From contig NC_058368.1 in assembly GCF_018350175.1 (NCBI RefSeq), positions 97,590,001 to 97,654,000 on the forward strand: 64,000 bases of DNA, in the 5' to 3' direction. The stretch comes from Felis catus. Lineage: Eukaryota. Made by a program: the position numbers and the translations under genes. The first letter of the stretch is position 1. Each line of letters begins with the position of its first letter. The notes beneath the pieces are model-generated. The model was not told the DNA's origin, did no database searches, and saw only the letters and a program-made list of their open reading frames with translations. Positions 38,207-49,599 of the stretch are shown here, in pieces.

Positions 38207-38429
38207 GCCATGGTGAGTAGTTCTACATGTGACTGAAGCAGCAGTAGGAGAAGCAAAGGCAATGAAAAAATGGGAACGTTTTAAGTGACCCTCCCACAAA
38301 AGGCACAGCACCCCAGACTCCGAATATTCAGACACCCTCAAAGCCCACCCAGGGACTGCTGGGGGTCTGTGGGCTTCTGGTTGGAAAGTTCTGCTCTCCA
38401 GCTTGTCGGGAGTTACCTGTGGGTCCAAG

Positions 38430-38620
38430 AAGCCTGGGGCTGGCCATTACCTGAATTTGAGCTGTAATATCTCCCAGGCATGAGTACCTTTGCCAGTCAA
38501 GTTGCTTCACTTCTTTTAAGCCGCTGTTTTTCCACTGAAAGTGGAGAGAAGGAAAATAAGCCGCACAGGATTCTGGGAGGCCTCAGTAGGATTACCTGAA
38601 TAAAACACCTGGCACATCGT
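38430..38620 (+). mobile_element. MIR
   Basis: caagttgcttcacttcttttaagccgctgtttttccactg..aaacacctggcacat. Confidence 0.6.
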
Positions 38621-38796
38621 GGGATTTTGGCAATTGGCCGTTCTTTTCCCTTCTTCCATCCTTTACTTTTTCAGGAAGAGATTTTCTTCTCTAAGGAGAT
38701 GGTTTTCAAAACCAAAGAAATCACTAACTGCACTGAGGCCGATGGTATCTCTCTGGACTCAGAAGCTTTTGCAGACATTAGGAAATAGATGTCACT

Positions 38797-38999
38797 CTTT
38801 TTTTTTTTTTTTTTATGTTTACTTATTTTTGAGAGAGAGACAGAGACAGAGTGTGAGTGGGGCAGGAGCAGAGAGAGGGAGGGAGACACAGAATCCGAAG
38901 CAGGCTCCATGATCTGAGCTATCAGCACAGAGCCTGACGCGGGGCTCAAACCCACCAACCAAAGTTGGACCCTTAACCGACTGAGTCATCCAGGTGCCC
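38797..38999 (-). mobile_element. CanSINE
   Basis: TSD gga(a/g)atag(a/g)tgtcactctt. Confidence 0.93.
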
Positions 39000-39408
39000 A
39001 GGTGGAGATAGGTGTCACTCTTCACAGCCACACCCCCTCCAGGATGTCCCTGGAGGGCACTGTCTCTCTTGGGCACTGCAGGAAGACTGGAAAAGGAGTG
39101 GGGTTATCCTGGGAGGGCTCAAGGGGGAGGGGGTGGGCCCCTGTGTTGACTCTCAGAAGTTGACCCCTCACCCCCAGGACAGTAACTCCAGCAGGGGATG
39201 CTGGGAAAGGCCTGAATTTGGAGGATTAGAGGGCACCTGTCCACAGTGGAGGAAAGGAAGGTCTCAGAAATCTTGGAGAGGAGAGAGAACCAGACTTGGT
39301 CATGGCCAAAGCCCAGTCTTTAAGGCTGATGAAAATGCTCTGAACCTTTTCCTTTCCCTTCTCTATTCTTCAAGATCCGCTTAAGAGTTTTTGAACAAAA
39401 ACGTTATA

Positions 39409-40229
39409 CATTAAGACATTGGATTGCAAGTACCTCATTCTGGGAGTGTTCCGCAAGACAAGCAAACATTTCTAATAAATTTTAACTTGTTAAACGAGCC
39501 ATGTCTTGCAATACAAGTAGTACATCACACTGAACGTCACATGATCACAACTGAACCAGTGGTTCTCTCTCTGTCTCTCACTGCTCCATGGTGGGTGATC
39601 ATCAGTGCAATGTCACATTTCTGCAAAATTCTCCAAAAGAGGCAAAAGCAAGTGTCATTGGATAGGTTCCTTGTTAAAGTTGCACGAAAAGAAAAGATTC
39701 CATTGAGCCAATAGATAGCAGTGATTCTGTGAGTGATAGTGAAAGTCGTCCTGCATAATAACCCTTCCCTCTCTTCTCTCCCTCACACAGCCACAAAGAT
39801 TTTCAAAAGTAAGTACAGGTCCATTTGTATATTTTACTTTGTATTTTGTATTTTCTTCATTTTGTATTATATTACAGTATTATAATCATTTTTTATGTTT
39901 ATTTATTTTGGGGGGCAGGGAGGGGCACAGACAGAGAGAGAGAGAATTCCAAGCAGGCTCTGGGCTGTTTGCACAGAGCCCAATGTGAGGCTCAATCTCA
40001 CGACTGTGAGATCATGACCTGAGCTGAACTCAAGAGTCAGACACTTAACCAACTGAGCCATCCAGGTGCCCCAGTATTATAATCATTTTACCTGAATATT
40101 TTGGGGTTATGGAATGAATCATTTGAGTTTCCATTATTTCTTATGGGGAAGTTCGCTTTGATATACAAGCACTTTGTATTACAAGCATGTTTCCGGAATG
40201 ACTTACACTCGCAAACCAAGGTTTTACTG
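39409..40229. mobile_element. non-autonomous Tigger-type DNA transposon interrupted by a CanSINE (about 39890-40071)
   Basis: TA-flanked imperfect TIRs (cattaagacattggattgcaagt vs reverse complement cagtaaaaccttggtttgcgagt); SINE TSD cagtattataatcatttt. Confidence 0.75.
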
Positions 40230-40550
40230 TACTCCAAAAGCTTCAACATTCCTGGCTTTGTTTGGTGTTCCTTTTAAAGTGAACAAAAGGGGGAAATGAC
40301 AACATGAACTTTGAAAGGTTAAAATGAATATTAAGAACCAAATGAATGAAACCTTTCCTATCCATTGGATGGGATAGGAAAATAAGATGATTAGCACAAT
40401 CGAAGTACAGTTAGTATGCAGTGTTCATGAAGGCACCTTGTGCGTATTCACTCAGGAAAGAGGGACAAAGCTCTGGCTTATGGAGTTCAGGTATTAAGCA
40501 GAGGAATAATGGACCTGTGGTCCATCTAAGGCTGGACATAATGTTACTTC

Positions 40551-40924
40551 CTTTTTTTTTTTAATTTTTAATTTTTAAAAATTTACATCCAAATTGGTTA
40601 GCATATAGTGCAACAATGATTTCAGGAGTAGATTCCTTAGTGCCCCTTACCCATTTAGCCCATCCCCCCTCCCAGAGCCCCTCTCATAACCCTCTTTGTT
40701 CTCCATATTTATGAGTCTCTTCTGTTTTGTCCCCCTCCCTGTTTTCATATTTTTGTTTCCCTTCCCTTATGTTCATCTGTTTTGTCTCTTAAAGTCCTCA
40801 TCTGAGTGAAATCATGATATTTGTCTTTCTCTGACTGACTAATCTCACTTAGCATCATACCCTCCAGTTCCATCCACGTAGTTGCACATGGCAAGATTTC
40901 CTTCTTTTTGATTGCTAATATTCC

Positions 40925-40978
<54 letters not shown>

Positions 40979-41249
40979 CATATATATATATATATACATA
41001 CATACACACCACATCTTCTTTATCCAGTCATCCATCGATGGACATTTGGGCTCTTTCCATATTTTTGGCTGTTGTTGATAGTGCTGCTCTAAACATTGGG
41101 GTGCATGTGTCCCTTCAAAACAGCACACCTGTATCCCGTGGATAAATGCCTAGTAGTGCAACTGCTGGGTCGTAGGGTAGTTCTATTTTTAGTTTTTTGA
41201 GGAACCTCCATACTGTTTTCCAGAGTGGCTTCACCAGCTTGCATTCCCA
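40551..41249 (-). mobile_element. L1-derived ~0.6-kb insertion, copy C, with internal (TG)n(TA)n expansion
   Basis: same 5' end and deletion as copy A; TSD cataatgttacttc / cagaattttacttc. Confidence 0.95.
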
Positions 41250-41699
41250 CAGAATTTTACTTCTGTTGTTTTTCCAGGATGATTATAAAGTACAGAACTG
41301 GCTTCCTCATGGCACAGGGATTCTTATCCAGTTTCCACCACATTTGTCCATAAAGAACCACTCCTTCCATCTGTGATTCTTTTTTTTTTTTCTGCATCCT
41401 TTCTTTTGCATTATTTTTCTGGGCTCTTTTTGTTGTGAAAAATAGATTTAGCAACATGATACGGGCTATTGAAAATAGAAATCATTGATAACCTTGTAAT
41501 TATAACCCAGGATCAGTTTAAATGGAATTCTTATCTAGAACATTTTCAATGGGAGCCCAGGCATGACGTTTATCAGAAGGAAAATGTTAGGTAACTACAG
41601 AGCAGTACTAGGTCTGTGTGCTTTGGGATATCATTTTTTACTTATCTGATAGGCAGACTTTGATAAAGCCCAGGCTTGGAGGGAAAGTGGCAAACAGGC

Positions 41700-41812
41700 G
41701 TTGTCAATCTCAAACCCTACTGAGAAGATTGTAAATTGGCAACTCTCTGGGAAGCAGTCTGGCCATATTGTAGTATCAGAAAAAATTTTTAGTAATGTTT
41801 ATTTATTTTTGA

Positions 41813-41843
<31 letters not shown>

Positions 41844-42480
41844 CAGGGGAAGAGCAGAGAGAGAGGGAGGCACAGAACCCGAAGCAGGCTCCAGGCTCTG
41901 AGCTGTCAGCACAGAGCCTGACGTGGGATTTGAACCCATGAGCCGCAAGATCATGATCTGACTCAAAGTCAGACACTTAACAAACTGAGCCACCCAGGGC
42001 CCCCCCCAAAATTTTTTTTAGGTTTCCTTATTTACTTTGAGAGAGAGAGAGAAAGAGAATCCGGACAGAGAGAGAATCCCAAGCAGGCTCCACACTGCCA
42101 GCGTGGAGCCTGACAGGGGCTCAAATTCAAGAACCACGAGATCACGACGTGAGCCGAATTCTAGAGTCAGATGCATAACCGACTTAGCCACCCAGGCACC
42201 TCTGTAGTATCAAAATTCAAAAGACCCAGTGATTCCCCTACTAGGAATTAATTCTTCGGTAATAACTGGAAGCATGCAGGAACGTGTTGTGCTCAAATGT
42301 ATTCTGAGCTTAGCCACTGCAATAATACATGTAATAGGAAAAAATTGGAAACAGCCTAAATAATAATCAAATTTAAGAAAACCAAATTTAACTAAGGTTG
42401 ACTTAGTTGTGGTACTTCCACATGACAGAATAGTATTCAATTCTGACAGAAGGAAAAAACCCTGTGTATGCTTCTCTTAA
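41700..42480. mobile_element. L1ME-like fragment (+) interrupted by two minus-strand CanSINEs (41785-42006, 42012-42200)
   Basis: gtaaattggcaactctctgggaagcagtctggc..gacccagtgattcccctactaggaatt; tgtagtatca flanking repeat. Confidence 0.75.
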
Positions 42481-42526
42481 ATTCTGAGATTGTATGTTAA
42501 GAAGCAGCTTAAGATGGAGTGCTTTA

Positions 42527-42772
42527 GGGGCGCCTGGCTGACTCAGTCTGTGAAGCATCCGACTTTGGCTCAGGTCATGATCTCATGGTTCGTGGATTCA
42601 AGCCCCGCATTGGGGTCTGTGCTGACAGGTCAGAGCCTGGAGCCTGCTTCGGATTCTGTGTCTCCCTCTCTCTCTGCCTCTCCCCTGCTCATGCTCTGTC
42701 TCTCTCTCTCTCTCTCAAAAAATAAACACTAAAAAAACCAACCAAACAAACAAACAAAATAAAAAACATTAG
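42527..42772 (+). mobile_element. CanSINE
   Basis: TSD aagatggagtg. Confidence 0.95.
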
Positions 42773-42914
42773 AAGAAGATGGAGTGGTTTCAGTTGTTAC
42801 ACATGAGCCAAACTGGTTAAGATGTTTATCCTCTGCTTGAGACAAGGCTCAAGCACATGAATCATGATCCTGTACCCAGCTCAACTTGTCAACTAAGTGC
42901 TAAATTGTAAGGCA

Positions 42915-44270
42915 TGGACTGATTCATTTATTGAAGAAACATTTGAGTGCTTACTGTATGCTACGCATCTATATGTTAGATCTGGGATTAAAATAAGGAA
43001 CAAAGTTTAGTGTTCCGCCCTGTAGACAGAGTAATTTCTTCAAATGCAATTAGCACACAGCTGAATAGAGGCAACATAGGATAGTCAGTAAGAAGAGCCT
43101 GTGTCTGTTTTGTTTACTCATGAATCTCCAGCAAATAGGACAGGGTCTGTCTGTTAGCAACTATTCAGTAATAGCTGTGGACTGAGTTAGTGCCCGCAGA
43201 AGTAGTCCGTGCCCTCTGGGAACTTACAAACTAGTGTTAAAACCAACTTTCGCATCAGATATGTTCTATAGGATGTTCCTGTCTGTGTCTCTTTCTCTAG
43301 TGTGAACACAGCAGAGGTTTACTTGACAAATGCTAGGTCAAGTAAAGTGTGCTTTTATTCTGCAGGATCTATCATTTTGATTCGTCGAGAAGGGTACTGA
43401 ACATAGCCTGTAGCATTTACTAAAGTCCTTTGCCCATTAACGTGTAATGGGCCTGGCATCTTTGGGAATGTTCGATTTGGCCATACAAAGCCCTATGGAA
43501 ATCTGGAGAAGGAAGATTCCATGCATACAAGGAGCTTTGTGTCTTATACTCACTGGTCTATCTCTGGCACCTAAAGCAATGCTTGGCACTGCTTTATAAG
43601 TTTTTATGGGGAGGAGAGCCCCCCCAGATCCAGAGATCAGAGTGTCTCAGTAGGGTAGTTTTGCCTTAGACTTATATATATGTGTTTATATTTATATTTA
43701 TATTTATATTTATATTTATATTATTTATATATGTGCATACATACATATACACACAGGTGTGCAGCTAAATGAATAAATGAACACAATAAAGGATTGAAAA
43801 TGTAGGCAATGGTACTTGATTCAGATGTGGAGCATGGGACCCTCAGAGCCAGGTCACAGAGGTTGTTGTGAGCAGAGGGTGTTTGTGGGAGATAGTGGAC
43901 ATTGGTCAGACTGGAATTTTGCAGTTTTATAGTGGGAACTAGTAAGGAGAACACTGACTAGTTACTCTAGGATCTGAGCAAGAGTAGCTTTCAGCCTTCA
44001 GCGCTGTGCACAAGAGCTGGGGCCATCAGAAAGAGGGAACTGTTGTAGATTTTTGAGCAGAAGAGGGACAGCTTGGACAGGGGCACTGAAAGAAGATTTG
44101 ACATCTGGGTGCAAGGTGGATTGCAGCGATGTGAGCCAGCTCAGAGGCACTTGCTGACCCAAGATGAGAAATGAGAGTCCTGGCAAGGAAAATAGGGCAT
44201 TTGGGAGACCCTTGAAAGATGAATCAGTAAAGTATGAGGAGACAAAGCTGAACTCTGGGTCGACTTAAGG
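42915..44270. mobile_element. L2 fragments (both orientations) with (TA)-rich simple repeat at 43672-43750
   Basis: catttgagtgcttactgtatg; tagatttttgagcagaagagggaca L2 motifs. Confidence 0.6.
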
Positions 44271-44383
44271 CAAGAACAGAGACATACACAGTGCCCTGTG
44301 TGTCGTTGATGGAGTCTGGGACAAACACTGGATAATCATGCATATTCTCTATGCTTGGGAACTTTTCTCCTAACCTAGCATTT

Positions 44384-44608
44384 CTTTTTTTAATTTTTTA
44401 ATGTTTATTTATTTTTGAGAAAGAGGGAGAGACAGATAGAGTGTGAGTGGGAAAGGGGCAGCGAGAGAGGGAGACACACAATCTGAAGCAGACTTCAGGC
44501 TATGAGTTGTCAGCACAGAGCCCCATGCAGGACTGGAACTCACAGACCGCAAGATCAGGACCTGAGTCGAAGTCGGACGCTTAATCAGCTGAGCCACCAG
44601 GCACCCCC
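44384..44608 (-). mobile_element. CanSINE
   Basis: TSD tcctaacctagcatttct. Confidence 0.95.
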
Positions 44609-44809
44609 CTCCTAACCTAGCATTTCTAACCCAAGTCAATGAGAGCTTGAAACATTCCCAGTTGGTGGAGTTCAGTAACTGATTTGGGTTCCCTTTGGAG
44701 AAAATAGGAGCAAATAGGACAGGGTCTGTCTGATAGCAACCATTTAGTAATAGCTGTGCCCATAGAAGTAGTCCGTGCCTTTGGGAACTTACAATCTAGT
44801 GGGAAAACG

Positions 44810-44995
44810 AATGGGTCCTGGTTTTGCCTTGGGTGAATTTCTTAAACTGCCTACGTCTCAGTAACCTTGTCTATCAAATGGGGACAGTTATAGCATCTCC
44901 TTCACGGTGCTAGCAGCGGTCCATGACATAACACACGTATGGCTCTTAGCAAAATACTGTGTGCATCATCAGCCCCTCAATAACATTGGCTGATT
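44810..44995 (+). mobile_element. MIR
   Basis: ccttgggtgaatttcttaaactgcctacgtctcagtaaccttgtctatcaaatgggga. Confidence 0.75.
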
Positions 44996-45909
44996 ATTAC
45001 CACTCCTGAACTGGGAGAGAATCCCTGTTATATGTGTTTGCATGTATGTGTCTACTTTTTTTTCCCCCTACTGAAAGAAACAGCAGTCAGTCTGTTAGCA
45101 CGAGTAGGCTGGCACATGGTTGATGGGGAAGCCATAGCCAGACTGGCACGGGGGGAAGTACCCTCAGAGGCACTGACATGCCATTCTTTGCAAACACTGG
45201 AACCAGGCCCAGTGTCACTGAACAGACTGAGGAGGCTGGCAGAGGATGTTGAGGTCTAATGGGGTGGGAGAGAGAATTCCCATGTTCATGGCCATGGAGC
45301 TTTTGTACAGGAGTCAGGTGTTGCTGTCAGCTCCAGGTGGGTCCCTAGCGATGTCATCTGCTGCGAGGATGAACCCACTACCCTTCCCAGGAAGGGCTTG
45401 AGTTAGTTCCCATGTGAGCCCTCTGGGTGTCTTCCCCAGCCCACAGATTGTTCGTTTGTGTATTGTTTGTAATGAACTCGGCATTTCTCCGAGGCTGGTT
45501 TAGTGACACTCCTTCAAGAGCTGAGGGTTCCAAAGTTGCCCTCCCTGGACCGCCGGCATGGTCACCCTGTGAGGAAATAGTTCTGTGTTGTCCATCTCTG
45601 GACCTTGCTTTCTAAGGCCCCCACAACCGTGGAGTGTTAGAAGAGGCAGCGTGGGGATTCAGATAAATCTTTATGCTCTAGTTCCTGTCCGATCAAAAGG
45701 GAGACGAAGTTTGCAGATCAGAGCTACAGTTAACCTCTTTCTGTTTCCTCTGCTTTTTTCTGTGTACTGTAATCAGGTCGACCCTGATACCAAGATACGG
45801 ACTACTCTAATCTGGGGGGCGGCTGTAATGTATTTTTGTGTTGCGCCAACACTGTTTTTGAAGATTCCTTTCTGCTCCTAGTGTGTAACTAAGAACCAGT
45901 ACTTTAGAG

Positions 45910-46122
45910 CCATGGCTCTCTTGACCAGGGGCAGTGTGTCCTTCCCCCTCCGCATTTGGCAATATCAGGAGATATTTTTGGTCGTCACAACGAGGGGAGG
46001 GGTATGTTACTAGTATCTAGCGGGTAGAAGCCAGGATGCGTCCTACAAGGCACAGACGGCTCCACTGTAACAAATAATTGTCTGGCTCAAAATGTCAGTA
46101 GAACTGAGGTTGAGACACAATG
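45910..46122 (+). mobile_element. MER20 (hAT-Charlie)
   Basis: catttggcaatatcaggagatatttttggtcgtcacaac..tatctagcgggtagaagccagg..aaaatgtcagtagaactgaggttgaga. Confidence 0.88.
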
Positions 46123-46162
46123 TTCTAGAATAATCAGACTTTAAAAAATAAGACACACCACA

Positions 46163-46400
46163 GGGTGCCTCGGTGGCCCGGTCGGTTAAGCCTCTGACTC
46201 TTCATTTTGGCTCAGGTCATGCTCTCATGGTTCCTGAGTTCGAGCCATGCATTGGGCTCTGCACTGACCGCACCAGAGCCTGCGTGGGATGGTCTGTCTC
46301 CCTCTCTGTCCACCCCTCACTCGCTTTCTCTCTCTTTCTCAAAATAAATAAACTTTTTTTTTTAAAAAAAGAAAAGAATACATTTATATAAAAAAAAAAA
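46163..46400 (+). mobile_element. CanSINE
   Basis: head, body and A tail. Confidence 0.92.
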
Positions 46401-46901
46401 ACAGAACATGCCAGAGCAATGTATATGCCCATTGTGAGGAAATAATAGTATGTAGAAGTTTACATTGTTGGCCTTCCAGCAAGATGAAGAGAAGAATCTG
46501 GCTTAGTAAATGCCCCTCCCCCTTGAGTGTCTCCTGTGTCTGCTGTCATGGTGGTCCAATGATGTGGTCCTGGCTTGTCCTTGTAGCTGGTACAGCTGCT
46601 GGTTCCGATTTTTGGGGCAGGATCTCTTCCAGCGGTTGCCTACGTCGGTTGTACTTGAATGGCTTGGAAGAAGACCAAAATTAAGAAAATTAAACCCATA
46701 AAAATTAGCCAAAATAAACAATTTTAAAATACGCTTATAAAATGCTTGTTTTCTAATATAATATAACGATTTTCTAAAGTGAGGGAGTGAACCATTTGAA
46801 AGTGGTTATACATGGTCTATAAAACTGATCTGATGTGCTGGTAAGAGTTCTTTGGTTTTTCTTGCCTTTCACTTGGCTGAGAGGCTAGGAAAGACATTTT
46901 T

Positions 46902-47524
46902 TTTTTCATTTCTCTTTTTTTTTAATTTATTTTTTTAAATTTCCATCCAAGTTAGTTAGCATATAGTGCAACAATGATTTCAGGAGTAGATTCCTTAGCG
47001 CCCCTTACCCATTTAGCCCGTCCCCCTTCCCACAACCCCTCCAGCAACCCTCTGTTTGTTCTCCATATTTAAGAGTCTCTTCTGTTTTGTCCCCCTCCCA
47101 GTTTTTGTATTATTTTTGCTTCCCTTCTCTTATGTGCATCTGTTTTGTATCTTAGTCATATGATATTTATCTTCCTCTGACTGACTTGTGTTGCTTAGCA
47201 TAATACCTTCCAGTTCCATCCATGTAGTTGCAAATGGCAAGATTTCCTTCTTTTTGATTGCCAAGTAATACTCCATTCTATATATATACCACATCTTTAC
47301 CCCTTCATCCATCGATGGACATTTGAGCTCTTTCCATACTTTGGCTATTGTCGATAGTGCTGCTATAAACGTTGGGGTTCGTGTGCCCCTTTGAAACAGC
47401 ATACCTGTATCCCTTGGATAAATACCTAGTAGTGCAATTGCTGGGTCATAGGGTAGTTTCAGTTTTAATTTTTTGAGGGACCTCCATACTGTTTTCCAGA
47501 ATGGCTGCACCGGTTTGCATTCCC
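46902..47524 (-). mobile_element. L1-derived ~0.6-kb insertion, copy D
   Basis: same 5' end and deletion; TSD aggaaa(g/a)acattttt; 126-codon open ORF2 C-terminal frame (47130-47510). Confidence 0.95.
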
Positions 47525-49599
47525 AGGAAAAACATTTTTAAATTGAGCCCAGTGCAGTTTTCTTTGATTTTGAGACATTCAGGAATACTTTCATGGCAGG
47601 TTAACTTTAACCTATATTTATTATATTGTATAATTAATCTCATGAACTCTATCTCACTCTGGACAAATCCAGGTTTCCTGAGTGTGACACACTAAGGATC
47701 TTTGCCACAAATAAAATGTTGTGTATGTGTGTGTGTGTACACACTTGTGAAGTTTTAAAGTGTTTAGTTGAGGCAGCAAATTTTAATAAGGAGTATAAAT
47801 ATGACATATTAAATATACTCAAACCTGTGTTCCCCAAAACTGACAAAAGTACATAGTTATCGGCTCTTGAAGTTGCTCCGAATTCACTGATCCTATTATG
47901 CAAGTGGTTGACAGCTGATTGTTTTTTGTTGTTGTTCCTTTAAGGAGGTTTCAAGTGGTACCTTTAATGCTCTATGTTAACTACATCAAACTTTTTTTCT
48001 AGAAATCATTTCATGTGTATGAATCTGGGGTTATGACTATAATCGTTTTTCAGTGTTCTCCTGTTTTTTTTTTCTTTTCCTATTGCATTAACTGTGACTT
48101 CAATATAATCAATTCATTCATTCAATAAACGTTTCAAGCCCTATTGTGTGCATTTTGCATTAATTACTATAACAACTATAAAAATTGTTTAACCTAGTTT
48201 AGTGTAACTTGGGGCACTAAGCCAACCCTCTGGTGTGCTGTGTCCCTTTTACACCTATTGGTTGGAATGTTTTAAATTAAGACTAGAAGAGTAACAGTTC
48301 ATGTGATATTTGGCGTGAATATTCGAAACGTCAGTGTTGGAATAATGTATCCTGTTTCTTCACTGAGTTTTAGCGATGATTCCCTAAGTCAAACCTGGCT
48401 TTTATAGCTGTGCTTTTGACTTAATTTATAATTGCATTTTAAAAAGTTCTCTTTGCATGTGTAAACATTCAAGTTTTTCCTCTGCCTTCGAAGTTTTTGT
48501 TGTATGAAGTATTCAGGAAATTAATCCATGTTTACAGTGTAGAGATTTTTTCCCTAACATTCAATTAATTGTCATGAGAACCAATACGAAGTGTTTGCTT
48601 CATAACAGGTGTGCTTAATAATAATTGATCAAATATTTTCCTACCTCAGGGTCTGAGTGAGTGTGTATATGTGGGGTGTGTGTGTGTTTGTCTGTGTTGG
48701 GGGGGGTATTGTTCTCTGGAATTGGGGTCAGGTGGTTAAGATGAGAATCAAATTAGTGCTTAAGGACTGAGTAGATGAAGCCCAAATCTTGAAGTACAAA
48801 TTTTGGTTTCTTGGACATTCATGGCTGTTGCGGGTTATTCGTATATATATTGGTATAACTTTTATTGCAATATGTTTGTCTATACCTTTATCGTAATGGA
48901 GACCAACTAAGTGGATTGGTAAACCCTGTCTACATATTTTCTAGAATGGGAAGCTGTTTGTCCATACACGCAAAAAATAACTGGTTTGGGAATATGGGAT
49001 TCACAGGGTGGGGCAAGAGTTCATAGTTCAGAATGTTTGAAAGACACATAACTGGAAGGCACATGACTAGAGCCAATAGGTTGGAATATGGGAAAACAGA
49101 TTCTGGCTCGTTTCGGGGAATGTGCAAAGAGTTCATGAACTATGGCTTAGTGGATGCTAGGGGTGGATGGAACGTTGAAGTGGGTCAGGTGTACGAATTC
49201 CCTTCCAAAGGAGGATGTCAGAAAGACCATGGATGGGACAGAACATAGGAATTTGAGCGGACCTGGGAATGAGGATTGGACCAGATGATCTTTAGGTTCC
49301 TTTCCAGTCCAGCCACTCTGTGATTTTTTTAGGACATATTATATCCCCTGAAAAGTAAACATGAAGACACCAGCCTCTGAAGGGAAATTTCAGATTCAAG
49401 AGTTCAGGGTGCCCAGTGGTTTTTTTTTCTCTCCCATCTTCTGGAAATCCTCTTGCAATTATACCCCCTCTTCTACAGCATCAGCTTCTTTCTCCATGTG
49501 GGAGCATCTTCATTTTTTATCAACTGCCTTAAGGTGCGAATGAGAAACAAAATTCCTCAAGCCAAAGTAGCCTACCAGCTCCAGCCCAGCTTCTCTGCT

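Noticed and set aside
46484..46684. SGCLRRLYLNG resembles the end of a laminin G domain
   Set aside because: Only about 10 residues match, a stop follows with no donor site, and no other LamG exons are seen.
9934..47510. ORFs containing PLWKTVW..LPYDPAIALLGIYP
   Set aside because: L1 ORF2p C-terminal fragments inside retroposed copies, not host CDS.
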